Source: an uncultured Lentisphaerales bacterium (GTDB lineage Bacteria; Verrucomicrobiota; Lentisphaeria; JABSQK01; UBA12247). Taken from it: a stretch of 64,000 nucleotides of DNA. Within the stretch, counting starts at the first letter, position 1. Each line of letters opens with the position of its first letter. The DNA is taken from NCBI GenBank assembly GCA_943788985.1, contig CALSSJ010000012.1, positions 64,001 to 128,000 of the forward strand, given 5' to 3'. Below, one piece after another: positions 1-10,200 of this stretch. Made by a program: the position numbers and the translations under genes. Below the pieces are notes generated by a model. It worked only from the letters and a program-made list of their open reading frames with translations, was not told where the DNA came from and searched no databases.

Positions 1-625
1 CCCGCATGAACTCAACCAATCGGTCGGCATAGATGTCGGATCCGAACTTGCCAGCATAGGTCTTACTGCCCTCTTCAGGCGTATTGATGTAAGCGTCGTG
101 AAGCTGCTTACCACTCGCCGGATTCCCAGTCTCAGAGCCAGTCCACATGGCCCAGTCATCGAACCCGTGCTTCTTCATCGCCTGCGGCTCGATCCGAAAG
201 TCATTGATCTGCCATTTGCCTGCAGCGCAGGTGGCGTAGCCCAGGTCCTTCATCAGCCGGGCAAAGGTGGTGTTTTCCTTCTGTTTCCAGTCAAAGTAGC
301 CGACGCCCCAGCGCGGCACGTCCCAGTGATTGACAAAGCCGTTGCGCCACGGGTATTTGCCTGTCAAAAGGGTCGTGCGTGACGGCGTGCATTGCGGCAT
401 AGAATACGCGTTGTGAAACGTCAGCCCCCCCGCCGCGAGGGCGTCAATGTTCGGCGTCTCGATGCCTTCCCCGCCATAGCAGCTGATCCATTCCTTGCCC
501 AGGTCATCCACCATGATGAACAGGATATTGGGCTTGGCTGGGGGCGTTCCGGCTGCCAGCAGCGGGCCAGCCATGCTGACCAACACACAAGCAGTCAGTA
601 TCGTTCTGAGCGTGCTACGTACCAT
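1..625 (-). CDS. S1 (formylglycine-dependent) sulfatase, N-terminal part; runs off window start
   Basis: Hand translation from ATG 625: signal peptide, KPNILFIMVDDLG, CTPSR..LLTG, GKWQ; close paralog of 4014-5534; not in the ORF track. Confidence 0.92.
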   Translation of the reverse strand, partial: MVRSTLRTILTACVLVSMAGPLLAAGTPPAKPNILFIMVDDLGKEWISCYGGEGIETPNIDALAAGGLTFHNAYSMPQCTPSRTTLLTGKYPWRNGFVNHWDVPRWGVGYFDWKQKENTTFARLMKDLGYATCAAGKWQINDFRIEPQAMKKHGFDDWAMWTGSETGNPASGKQLHDAYINTPEEGSKTYAGKFGSDIYADRLVEFMR

Positions 626-664
626 GGATTGTCGTTCCTGTTGTTTTTGCTGATCAGCCGCAGA

Positions 665-1570
665 TTATTCTTGGGGTGATTCGGAGCTTGTGCCGGCTGG
701 GAACTCGAGCTCACAATACACCCAAGGATGGTCCGATAGGCAGCCGTTGGATTTTACATTCTGGTCATTCTGGTTCTCTGGGCCCCAATCCCGCTTGGCG
801 TCTACGAGCTTGACCGATCTTGCCATGCTGTAGAGGATATGGTCGATGGACTTCTCTTGGGTCGCGTTTTCTAGTTTGGCATCTTTCAAGAGGGACTGCA
901 TGACGATGCCTTCCGTCCATTCATTAAAGTCTCCGCCGACAATGATCTCACAGTCGTCATCTTCCGCCTTGATGTGTTCTGCCAGGGCTTTGTGTTTCGA
1001 TCCCTCATAGGCTTCTACTTTTGTGGGCTGTTTCTTGTTATGCGCGTATCCAGGCAAGTGCAGTGAGTAGATTGCGAACTTCCTGCCAGCGATCACCGTT
1101 TCAGCACGCAGGGGCTTGGCACGTTTCCAGCCACTCCCTTCGGCTTCGATATCAGCGCCATTCGTTAGAGGGGTTCGGCTGAGAATGGATTTGAACTTGC
1201 CGCCGTAATTGCCGGTTAGGTCACCCCACTTGGGAGCCTTGTGCCCCGCGGATGAACTCGTTCCTACGTGGACATGCTCTAGGCCGAGGGCTTCTGCTAC
1301 ACGGAGTGACCAGTCCTTGACGTCTTTTCCCCGGTTCGCCTTGGGAACCTCGCTCAGTAAAACGAGGTCGGGGCTCAGAGGCTTGAGAAGCTCGGCGATT
1401 TTCTCAGGTGTTGCCCATTGGCCGCAAGCGACGTTATAGGCGATCACGCGAAGTTTGGTCGTTTTTTCCAGACTATCTTGCTCGGCAGGCACGGGTAGTG
1501 TTAACGCGGTCGCAAGCAAGGCGATGCTGAAGACGAGTTTGATGGCTTTTGATAAGATGGGGGTGTTCAT
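665..1570 (-). CDS. Secreted endonuclease/exonuclease/phosphatase (EEP) family protein
   Basis: AYNV, LSEV, GDFN, IDHI, SDH motifs; signal peptide from MNTPILSK (start trimmed to 1570). Confidence 0.85.
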   Translation of the reverse strand: MNTPILSKAIKLVFSIALLATALTLPVPAEQDSLEKTTKLRVIAYNVACGQWATPEKIAELLKPLSPDLVLLSEVPKANRGKDVKDWSLRVAEALGLEHVHVGTSSSAGHKAPKWGDLTGNYGGKFKSILSRTPLTNGADIEAEGSGWKRAKPLRAETVIAGRKFAIYSLHLPGYAHNKKQPTKVEAYEGSKHKALAEHIKAEDDDCEIIVGGDFNEWTEGIVMQSLLKDAKLENATQEKSIDHILYSMARSVKLVDAKRDWGPENQNDQNVKSNGCLSDHPWVYCELEFPAGTSSESPQE

Positions 1571-1628
1571 GATTGTTCGTTCTTTGCTTATTTGGTGATG
1601 TGTTGTTACTTGGCGCCGCCTGCGGAGT

Positions 1629-2972
1629 TTATTCGGCTTCGGCTTGATCCCACAGACTCCGAAGAAGTCCATCCGGAATGCGATGAACGCGGGCGATTAA
1701 TTTCTGGGTTTCTGTGATGTAGAGGCCATCGTCCCAGATGAAGTCGGGGTAGCTGATACGTGTCTCCGGGTTCCGGTCATAGAGCACTGCAACAGGTTCA
1801 CCCCAATGAATGTGTTTTCCGCCCGGGCCATCCACTTCCGTTCCTCCCAAGAGATAGGCGGGATTGCGTCCGCCCCATCCCTTCGTCTTGTTGTTGTGAA
1901 ACCAATAGATGTAACGCCCCTTGTAGGGACCTTCCGTTAACTTGCGCACAAAGTTGGCTGCCCGGGGATGATTGACCAGCGGCCCTCCTGGACCATAGGT
2001 CATGAAGGCTGTTTTGGTCCAGGTCTTACCCTCATCCCTTGAATAGGCGTGACAGGGATGCCCGGCAACGGTTCGGTAGGTGCAGAATAGGCTGCCATCG
2101 GACAGGTCTGTCAGGTTCACTTCGGATGCAATCGGACCTTTGGGTGACTTGAGTCCATCATCTCCGTCGGGAAGTGTCTTCCATTCGAGTTTGTCTGGAT
2201 CGCGCTCTGTTTCGATGTTGGAGCTACGTAGGAAGAACGCCTCGGTTTTCTCGATGAAGTTCTTCCCGAATGTTTCGACCTTCGTAAAACCGAGGTACAT
2301 TGAATTTTTATGCTGTATGGGTTTGCCAACACCCCAGAAGAACCGGACTTCGCCCTTGTAGGGATTGCGCCTGTCGATAGCGGTCTCGCGAACCGGAATG
2401 AACCAGCGCTGTTTCGACCAGGTTTTGCCCCCATCATCAGAAAACTTGAGCGCATACTCTCCAAGCGTGTCCACCCGTTGCCGCGCGTAGTTAGTGGAGG
2501 CACGCACTCTCTTTATGTCCTTAGCGTTATAGGTGTAGAAAACGTAGACACGGCCATAGTCCGTCAAGTAAGGCATCGCCCAAGAGGCTAAGGGACCGCC
2601 CGCTGGTTCGATATCGACAAGGGGTTCCCACGTGGTTCCTTGGTCGGAACTCCGGCAGGATACAACGTGCTGTCCGCCTGCACCTTCGTGCCCCTTGCCG
2701 GTAGTCATGGTGCATAACCAAGTGCCGTCTGGCAGTTTCACGACGTAAGGCTGATCACAATAACCCTCGGAAGGAATCACTGCACCCGTCGCAATGTCGA
2801 GTGCCGGAGGTTGCTGGTTTATCGCGGCTTTTAGCTGATCTGCAGATGCTGTTTCAGATTTGGCCCATGGCTCTATATCCGCCTTCTTAGGGGCAGCCCA
2901 TGCGATCGTTATTGCGCACGAGGCAAGCATTGTGTTGACGGCAAGAAAAGCCATTCTGTTATTTGTTTTCAC
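1629..2972 (-). CDS. Secreted BNR/Asp-box (sialidase-like beta-propeller) glycoside hydrolase
   Basis: Asp-boxes SSDQGTTW, SDDGGKTW, SRDEGKTW; SYP near the C-terminus; signal peptide. Confidence 0.8.
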   Translation of the reverse strand: MKTNNRMAFLAVNTMLASCAITIAWAAPKKADIEPWAKSETASADQLKAAINQQPPALDIATGAVIPSEGYCDQPYVVKLPDGTWLCTMTTGKGHEGAGGQHVVSCRSSDQGTTWEPLVDIEPAGGPLASWAMPYLTDYGRVYVFYTYNAKDIKRVRASTNYARQRVDTLGEYALKFSDDGGKTWSKQRWFIPVRETAIDRRNPYKGEVRFFWGVGKPIQHKNSMYLGFTKVETFGKNFIEKTEAFFLRSSNIETERDPDKLEWKTLPDGDDGLKSPKGPIASEVNLTDLSDGSLFCTYRTVAGHPCHAYSRDEGKTWTKTAFMTYGPGGPLVNHPRAANFVRKLTEGPYKGRYIYWFHNNKTKGWGGRNPAYLLGGTEVDGPGGKHIHWGEPVAVLYDRNPETRISYPDFIWDDGLYITETQKLIARVHRIPDGLLRSLWDQAEAE

Positions 2973-2997
2973 ATCTTTTGTTTGGTTTATTGATTGA

Positions 2998-3975
2998 TCA
3001 GCTCTGTTTCAGCACTACGGACATACCTTCATAGGCAGGAATGAGGCCTTCCGGGATGAGCTTTTTCTCCAGCACATGGTGAGGCGGGTGCAGCCTGTCA
3101 GCAATATGGGTGAGAATGATTTTTGCATCTGGTTTGAGTGCCTTTCCTTTCATGAGAGATTGGTTCATGTGGCGAATCATGGTCAGGTCGTTATGGCTGA
3201 AAACGCGATAGTCTCCCTTGCCCTCGCCGCAGGTGGCATCCCAGATGATCGCATCGAGTTGCTTGCGCTGAATATGCAGCCAGGTCGTTGTCGGCAACCA
3301 GCCCGTGTCAGTCGCGTAGAAAGCACGCTTGGTAGCACCCTCAATCAGATAGAGAAGGCATTGTTCTTTGGAGCCATGAACATCGTGATTGGCGGCAAGA
3401 CCTGTCATGGTGAGTCCATGCACCTGGAAGCTTTTGCCATGCTCAACGGGAATCTTCTCGATGCGATCTGAGTCCGGCACTTTTTTCAGTGCTTCCGGGT
3501 CTCCCCAAAACTTCAAAGGCCCAAGACTGGCATCCCTTCCATTGGCGATGCTCATGATGTTGCCCGGATGCAAGTGGTCCGAGTGCGTATGAGTCAGCAG
3601 GATGTCGGTGATCCCGGCGGGGTCGACGTCGTAACAGTTCATGACATCAAGCACGGTCGGGCCGCAATCAATGAGAATATGTCCGTTGACCAGCATCGAT
3701 GACATGGCGCGCACCTTGGCTCGTGGATGACTCTTATCTTTGAATGGATATTTGCGTGGCCAGTTCGCCGCACCTGTTCCCAGAAAGAGCAGCTCGAGCT
3801 GTTTTGTGGGTGAGCTGTCGGCCTTCTTGGATTCTTCTTGTGGTTCGCCTTCTTGAGCATGGGCGGAGCCCGACAGGCCTGTCGCCGCGAGTGAGGTGGC
3901 AAGTGAAGCAGCACCCATCGAAGTCATTGTTAAAAAGTCCCGCCGGCTTGGGTTTGTCTCGCTGTCTTTCATCAT
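2998..3975 (-). CDS. Tat-exported MBL-fold metallohydrolase (PhnP/RNase Z/AtsA-like)
   Basis: SRRDFL Tat motif, FLGTGA, LIDCG, THTHSDH, TDT, LTH; start trimmed to MMKDSE. Confidence 0.85.
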   Translation of the reverse strand: MMKDSETNPSRRDFLTMTSMGAASLATSLAATGLSGSAHAQEGEPQEESKKADSSPTKQLELLFLGTGAANWPRKYPFKDKSHPRAKVRAMSSMLVNGHILIDCGPTVLDVMNCYDVDPAGITDILLTHTHSDHLHPGNIMSIANGRDASLGPLKFWGDPEALKKVPDSDRIEKIPVEHGKSFQVHGLTMTGLAANHDVHGSKEQCLLYLIEGATKRAFYATDTGWLPTTTWLHIQRKQLDAIIWDATCGEGKGDYRVFSHNDLTMIRHMNQSLMKGKALKPDAKIILTHIADRLHPPHHVLEKKLIPEGLIPAYEGMSVVLKQS

Positions 3976-4013
3976 TCGTTGAGTAAATATTGTGCTACTT
4001 GGTTTGCGTGGCT

Positions 4014-5534
4014 CTACTTCTTCCGGTCCCATGGATTTGCTGCCCGGGGCTCGTAGAAGCGGTGGGCGTCTTTGTCGGGCAGACTGTCGACGATTTTTTG
4101 GAATTTCGCGAGTGCCTCCTGGTGGGCTGGTTCGCTACTTTTTAGTAGATTTTTTTGTTCTACTGGATCTGGACTGAGGTCGTGCAGGCGGTTGATCTTC
4201 TTTTTATTGGTCACCCAGACCTTGTATTGCTTGTCCCGAATGACGCGCTTGCCAAAGGCATCTTTATTGCGCACTCCGTCCTTGGTGATTTGACCGGAGC
4301 TCTCGCCCATTGACATGACCCACTGGCGTGGTGTGTCATCTTGCTTGCCGAGAATCAAGGGGGCGATCGATTTCCCGTCGATGATGAGATCCTCTGGTAG
4401 CTTGCCACCTGCAAGTTCTACGAAGGTGGGGAGCAAGTCGGAAAAATCAGTAAGGGCGTCGGTTTTGATGCCAGCAGGAACGAGCCCTGGACCGTTGACA
4501 ATGAAGGGGGCGCAAACGCCTCGTTCAGTCTTTTGCCCCTTTTCACCTCTGACCGGGAGCCCGTTCACGGTGCCCGTGATACCAGGAATGGTGCCGTTGT
4601 CAGTGGAGAAGAAGATGATGGTGCGGTTACGGATCTTGAGCTCGTCAAGGGTGTTGACGATCTGACCAAGACACTTGTCGACATAGCGCACCATAGCCTT
4701 GTGCTTATCGATGCGGGTCTTCACGTTAGGCTCATCCGGGGTGGCAACGAGCGGAGGATGCGGAAGCGGCATCGGGTAATAGAGGCACATGGGTTCGTCC
4801 TTGTGCTGACGCATGTAGTTGATGAGATAGTCGGTGCTTACATCAGCCAGAAACTTACCTTTGTATGTCTTGCTGCCCTCTGTTGGCGTGTTGATGTAAG
4901 GGTTGTAATCGCGGCTCTTACTTACCTTGTCGTTACCGGTCTCGCAGCCGGTCCACAGTGCCCAGTCATCGAATCCGTGCTTCTTCAGAACATGAGGCTC
5001 GACCCGAAAGTCATTGATCTGCCACTTACCTACAGCACAGGTGGAGTAACCATTTTCTTTCATGATGGTGGCAAAGGTGGTGTTTTCCTTTTTCTTCCAA
5101 TCAAAGTAGGCCACTCCCCAGCGTGGCACGTCCCAGTGACTGGTCCAGCCGGTGCGCCAGGGGTATTTACCAGTCAGGACGGCGGTGCGCGAAGGCGTGC
5201 ATGATGGCATGGAGTAGGCGTTATTAAACATCATGCCACCAGCTGCCAGCGCATCAATATTTGGTGTCTTGATGTCTTCGGCGCCGTAGCAGCCCACCCA
5301 TTCTTTGCCGAGGTCATCCAGCATGATGTAGAGGATGTTTGGCAGCTGCGTTGAAGAGCTTGCATTGATGCTCCCCGCCGGTCGCACCCCATCGGGGCTG
5401 TCTTGCGACAGTCTATCTCGCTCCGCTCGGTTTCCGTCGGTCGTCCGCTGGTCCGCTGGGGCAGCCGCGGAAAAAACAGAAGATTGAATCGTGAATAATG
5501 AAGTAAGAAAAAGGAAGATAGCGACTCGTTTCAT
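4014..5534 (-). CDS. S1 sulfatase
   Basis: PNILYIMLDDLG, CTPSR, GKWQ, STDNG; signal peptide. Confidence 0.95.
   Translation of the reverse strand: MKRVAIFLFLTSLFTIQSSVFSAAAPADQRTTDGNRAERDRLSQDSPDGVRPAGSINASSSTQLPNILYIMLDDLGKEWVGCYGAEDIKTPNIDALAAGGMMFNNAYSMPSCTPSRTAVLTGKYPWRTGWTSHWDVPRWGVAYFDWKKKENTTFATIMKENGYSTCAVGKWQINDFRVEPHVLKKHGFDDWALWTGCETGNDKVSKSRDYNPYINTPTEGSKTYKGKFLADVSTDYLINYMRQHKDEPMCLYYPMPLPHPPLVATPDEPNVKTRIDKHKAMVRYVDKCLGQIVNTLDELKIRNRTIIFFSTDNGTIPGITGTVNGLPVRGEKGQKTERGVCAPFIVNGPGLVPAGIKTDALTDFSDLLPTFVELAGGKLPEDLIIDGKSIAPLILGKQDDTPRQWVMSMGESSGQITKDGVRNKDAFGKRVIRDKQYKVWVTNKKKINRLHDLSPDPVEQKNLLKSSEPAHQEALAKFQKIVDSLPDKDAHRFYEPRAANPWDRKK
5380..5460. repeat. Palindromic REP-like element lying in frame inside a sulfatase N-terminus
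   Basis: Hairpins CCCC-ATC-GGGG and CTGTC-TTGC-GACAG, then TCTATCTCGCTCCGCTCGGTT; the encoded peptide is absent from the paralog at 1-625. Confidence 0.55.
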
Positions 5535-5595
5535 TGGCTGGGCTGGTTATTGATTAAAGTAGATCGTGAAGACCGTAAGTAAGATGGACCGTGTT

Positions 5596-7095
5596 TTATT
5601 GCTTGGGCTTCTTTTGCGAGGTTGCTCTGCCGCTCTTCCAGAGTCTGATGTTTTTCACATCATTCTTGGCCTCCGGGCCGTCCGTGCTGCGACCTCGCTC
5701 CACATCCGATGTGAGGTCGGCCAGAAGCTCCTCAGCGATTTCGGGGTGGGTGAGGTAGAGGTTGTTCTGCTCACTCGGGTCTTTTTCCATGTCGTAAAGC
5801 TGCGCCTCTGGTGCAGCTTTACTGACGGGGTCGCGTTCCTTCGGGGAGGACCAGCCGCCGGATCCTCTGGCCAGCAGCAGTTTCCATTTGCCCTGGCGAT
5901 AAGCGAAGTGGCCTGAAATGGAATGATGGATCACGCCCTTGCGCGTCGATACAATGGGCTTGCCAGATAGGGCAGGAAGAAAGCTCACGCTGTCTTCGGC
6001 GATTTCTGGTGCTTTTTCTCCTGTGATCTCGGAAGCGGTTGCGAAGAAATCCACCAAGGTAATGAGCTGGTCACAACGAGAGCCCGCCTCGACCTTGCCC
6101 GGCCAGCGGACCACAAACGGCACTCGGTGACCGCCGTCCCAGATGTCGGCCTTGGATCCGCGGAAGTGTGCGCTGACATGGTGGCCTTGCTTGCGTAGTG
6201 CAGGTATCCCCGCTGCCTTCGAGCAGCCATTGTCGCTGGTAAAAATCAGTAGCGTGTTTTCTGCAAAGCCGTTTTCCTCAATGGCAGCAGCGATGGCGCC
6301 GACGGTGGCATCTGTCTGCATGACGAAGTCCGCATAGGCACCTAGGCCACTTTTACCCTGCCATTCTTTGGTGGGCACAATTGGGGTGTGTGGTGAGCCG
6401 AGTGGCACGTAGAGGAAGAAGGGTTGCTCGGGGGACTTGGCGCGCTCTTCAATATAGGCCACTGACTTCTCGGTCAGGCGAGGCAGGTTGTGAATTTCGT
6501 CCAGCTTTTCGATCACCTTGTCATTCTCGATGATGGTGTCCATGTGACCCGCATGATGGATGCCATGAAAGTAGTCAAAGCCGCGTGTGGTCGGTCCATC
6601 GGGGATGGTTGCTCCGATCGGTGCACGACTTTTCTTGGTTTGACCCTTGGCTAGTATCTCGCCTGTCTTGGGATCCTGATACTGGAAATCCAGATGCCAT
6701 TTGCCAATGATCCCGGTGGCGTATCCTTGTTTCTTGAGTAAGCCGGCCACGGTGAGGCGGTCCGGCGCGATCAGGCAGGGTCTGAAGCCAGTGGCCACCC
6801 CATTCTGCAGTCTTGTGCGCCAGCTGTAGCGGCCAGTGAGGAGGCCGTAGCGGGTGGGGGTGCAGACCGCGGAGCCGGAATGGGCATCGGTAAAGATCAT
6901 GCCTTGCTTGGCGAGCTTGTCGACGCAGGGGGTTTTGATTTTTCCGTTCTCCGGATTCAGGCACTGCACCTCTCCATAGCCCAAGTCATCACACATGATC
7001 AGGACCATGTTGGGCCGATTCTCTGCCGCGAAGGAATTCAGTGCCGCAAGCACCACGGCAGCGCACAGCCAGAATTTCATCATTCGCTTCTTCAT
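5596..7095 (-). CDS. S1 sulfatase (arylsulfatase A-like)
   Basis: RPNMVLIMCDDLG, CTPTR, GKWHL, TSDNG, GGHRVPF; start trimmed to MKKRMMKF. Confidence 0.95.
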   Translation of the reverse strand: MKKRMMKFWLCAAVVLAALNSFAAENRPNMVLIMCDDLGYGEVQCLNPENGKIKTPCVDKLAKQGMIFTDAHSGSAVCTPTRYGLLTGRYSWRTRLQNGVATGFRPCLIAPDRLTVAGLLKKQGYATGIIGKWHLDFQYQDPKTGEILAKGQTKKSRAPIGATIPDGPTTRGFDYFHGIHHAGHMDTIIENDKVIEKLDEIHNLPRLTEKSVAYIEERAKSPEQPFFLYVPLGSPHTPIVPTKEWQGKSGLGAYADFVMQTDATVGAIAAAIEENGFAENTLLIFTSDNGCSKAAGIPALRKQGHHVSAHFRGSKADIWDGGHRVPFVVRWPGKVEAGSRCDQLITLVDFFATASEITGEKAPEIAEDSVSFLPALSGKPIVSTRKGVIHHSISGHFAYRQGKWKLLLARGSGGWSSPKERDPVSKAAPEAQLYDMEKDPSEQNNLYLTHPEIAEELLADLTSDVERGRSTDGPEAKNDVKNIRLWKSGRATSQKKPKQ

Positions 7096-7254
7096 CTGAT
7101 CATCTCTTTTTTGTGTCCGACGCAGCCAGCCCCGTTTCTCACGGTCCGACGGCGTCCGCGAAGCGCCTGCAGTTGACGCTAAAGCCGTGAACTTCTCCGC
7201 ACCGCTGCCCACTCGCTCCAAACCACGCCAAATCATGTTCTGTACCTTCATCGG

Positions 7255-10200
7255 CTATTTGGCTTCCACACAGTCCACATGCAATTCCTGAAACGCGGTA
7301 TGCTCGCCTCGCGTACTGACCGGAAGCACCGTCCACAGAATCCAGCGAAATGTGCCCAGGGTTTCGCCGTCTGCAGCCCGGAGGGAGGCGGCGCTGAAGG
7401 GCGCCCCTTTGCTACCACGAGTGTCGATGCTGCCAAGCGGTGTCAGGCCAGCCGTATCCCAGCCCGGATCCTTCTCTGTTGCACTGCCGTAGAGCGTCAG
7501 CCGCTGCACGCCGCGCTTGCCGTGTTGGCATGACCAGCTGCTGATCGCCGATACGGCCTTCGCGCGCCCCAAATCCATCTTGTAGACGCCTTCCTTGACA
7601 CCGTTCGCGAAGACCGGCCCATATCCAGAGGCGAGTTTCCCGTCCACCAAAGAGTTGAGCGGTTCGTTACTTGTCTCTACACTGGAGGAGAGAGCTGCGG
7701 GGCGACGGGCGGGAACAGGGATCTGCGTAAACCCCTCTGCCGTCTTCGCGGTTTCGAGCTGCACCCAGGCGTGCCGCTCAATCACGAGCTCCTTCGCCTG
7801 CTGCTCGCGGACCAACTTGAGTGTAAGCGGCTTATCTCCCTCTTGAAGGCAAGCCTGCAAGAGCGCATCACTCGTGCGGACTGGCTTGCCATTGACCTGC
7901 TGAACCACGTCCCCTTCCAATAGGCCCCGTCGAGCGGCCTCGACACCCTCCGGAAGCTCGATCAGCACGACGCCGCCATCTTCTTTCCCAACCCCGTAAG
8001 CGGAGAACTCTTCGCCGTCCAAGGTCCCCAAGCTCGCCCCGAGCCAAACCTGAGCCGCAGAAGCCAAACCAGCAGGTTTGGCTGTGGCTGCCTTCGGCTT
8101 TCCTTTGGCGGGCTGGGGCTTTGCTATTGCCTGCGCAGCTGGCAGCGCGGGCAGTTGCGGCGTGCGGGCGATCTTCTTGAGCGAGGGTTTCTTCACCCCG
8201 AACTGATCCATCGAGAAGTTCTTGAAGCCGAGCTTCATCGCGGGCGAGCTCTCCTTTACCCGGAAATCTCCATTGGCCGGATCAAGAAACTGCGGGTCCC
8301 CAAAGACCGAGTTTTTGTCCCACCCCAACTTGGCCGAAGTCGCTTTTACTTTGGCCTCGTTGGCAACGTAAAACAGGTTCTTATCCACCCGGGCCCCATC
8401 TGCATTCGGTCGCTTCATCCGCGCGGGACGGTGTGCCCCCATCAAGATGTTGGCGTAGACCTGATCCTTGTTTCCCGTATACCAGACGTGCGGGTGCAGG
8501 CCGTTGTTCACAGCAACATTGTTCCAGGCATGACGGCGAAAGCCCTCACGCAGTTTGAGCCCCTTCGCCAGCAGCAGGTTGTTGTAAATATCGTAGTTGC
8601 TCGAACCGTCATCCAGGTCGATATCCCAGCCATGATCGCAGCGCCAACGGCTATCGCGAATGATCGTGGTCTTCACGGCATCCAGCAGGGATAATTCGGC
8701 GAGCTTCTCTGCGGGCGCGCCTTTCAGGTGCCAGAAGCGATCGCGGCCCCAGGAGTTGAAGGAACCGTGGTCATGTGTCTCCAGCACGGTATCAAAGACG
8801 TCACAGCCTTCGATCAGGTGTCCGCCCCAAGTGCCTTCACTGATATTGATGCCCGAACGAGCGCAGTCGTAGATCGATGCATCGCGGACGGTGATGCCCT
8901 GCGCCATCGAAATCTGCACCCCAGCCGGTTGCCGCTCCACGCGGCCAATCCCGTGAATCAGGCAATCCTCCACGATCGAGTCGGCGGGATAGTTGTCGGT
9001 TTTCGGCCCCGGCGTCCGGTCAATTTCTGAGAGTTGATTGGTCTCGTTGTATTCGAACAACGGATTCCGCACGGCCTTGGGGTCGCCGACAAAGCAAACC
9101 CCGCTGGCACCCGTGTCATGGATGTGGCACCCCGCGACCCGGACCCGACGATTGTAGTTGTTGACAAAGACCGCATTCCCGCCGACTTGGTCGAATTCGC
9201 AATCGAGAATGCTCACATCCTCGGTGCCAGTCAGTAGGAACGCTCCGCCGCGATAGATTGCCCAATCCGAGCGCAGCAGCGGTTCTTTGCAATCCATAAA
9301 GGTCCGTGCAGCGTGGCGAACCGTAAAACCCTGCAGGGTGATGAATTTCACAGGCGCTTTCTGGCTCCCCTGGAATTCGACCAGGTGCCGCAGGCGCACC
9401 ACCTCTACCGTCGCGGCAGACAGATCGGTGCCGCTGGCCGGCTTGTAGGAGAGCGTGGATGTTTTGGCATCGTGGAACCATTCACCAGCCGCGTCCAGTT
9501 CCTCGAAAATATTCTCTACCATACGGAAGTTCTTGTGCATTCCCATCTGGCGGTTGTTCTGCCAGCCGCCTTCATAGGTCACGTTGCCCTCGGCATCCTT
9601 CCCGGTGATCTGGTAGTGATAGCCGCCCCACCGGTGAACGTGCATGGCGTGGATATAGCCGCCCGCCGGGTTGGCCCAGTTTTCCGCCCGCTTCTTGGAG
9701 AAGGCATCGGCGGAATAGCCCTGATAGGCGGCCGTTTTCTTCTCGGGGTCGTAGTTTGGATAACGCGCCATGCGCTGCGCCGTACCGTCGACGAACAGTT
9801 GGTCGATCGCCAACCCAGCTGGTGTCTTTGCCTGGAAGATTCCGTCGCGATAGGGCTGCCAGTCGAGCGCCAGCTTGGAGCCACCACTCAGTACCGCACC
9901 GCCTTCGGTTTCGGCACGGTAGATAACGGGATGCTCGGCACTCCCGGAGTCCTCCGGGCCAAATTTCAATGCTTCGGGCAGGTAATAGACGCCGTCAGCC
10001 ACATGGACCGTGACCGCGCTCTTTCCCGCATGCGCCCGCGCCAGATCACGCGCTCTCGCGAGCGAGGCCAAGGGCTTCGCCTTCGTCATCCCCGCGGCGG
10101 CATCGTTTCCATTCGGGCTGACATACAGCGCAACCTGCTGGCTGGCTGTCGCTGGTGCCGGTTGGAAGTGGATCGTGTATGTCTCCCCCTTCGCGGACGC

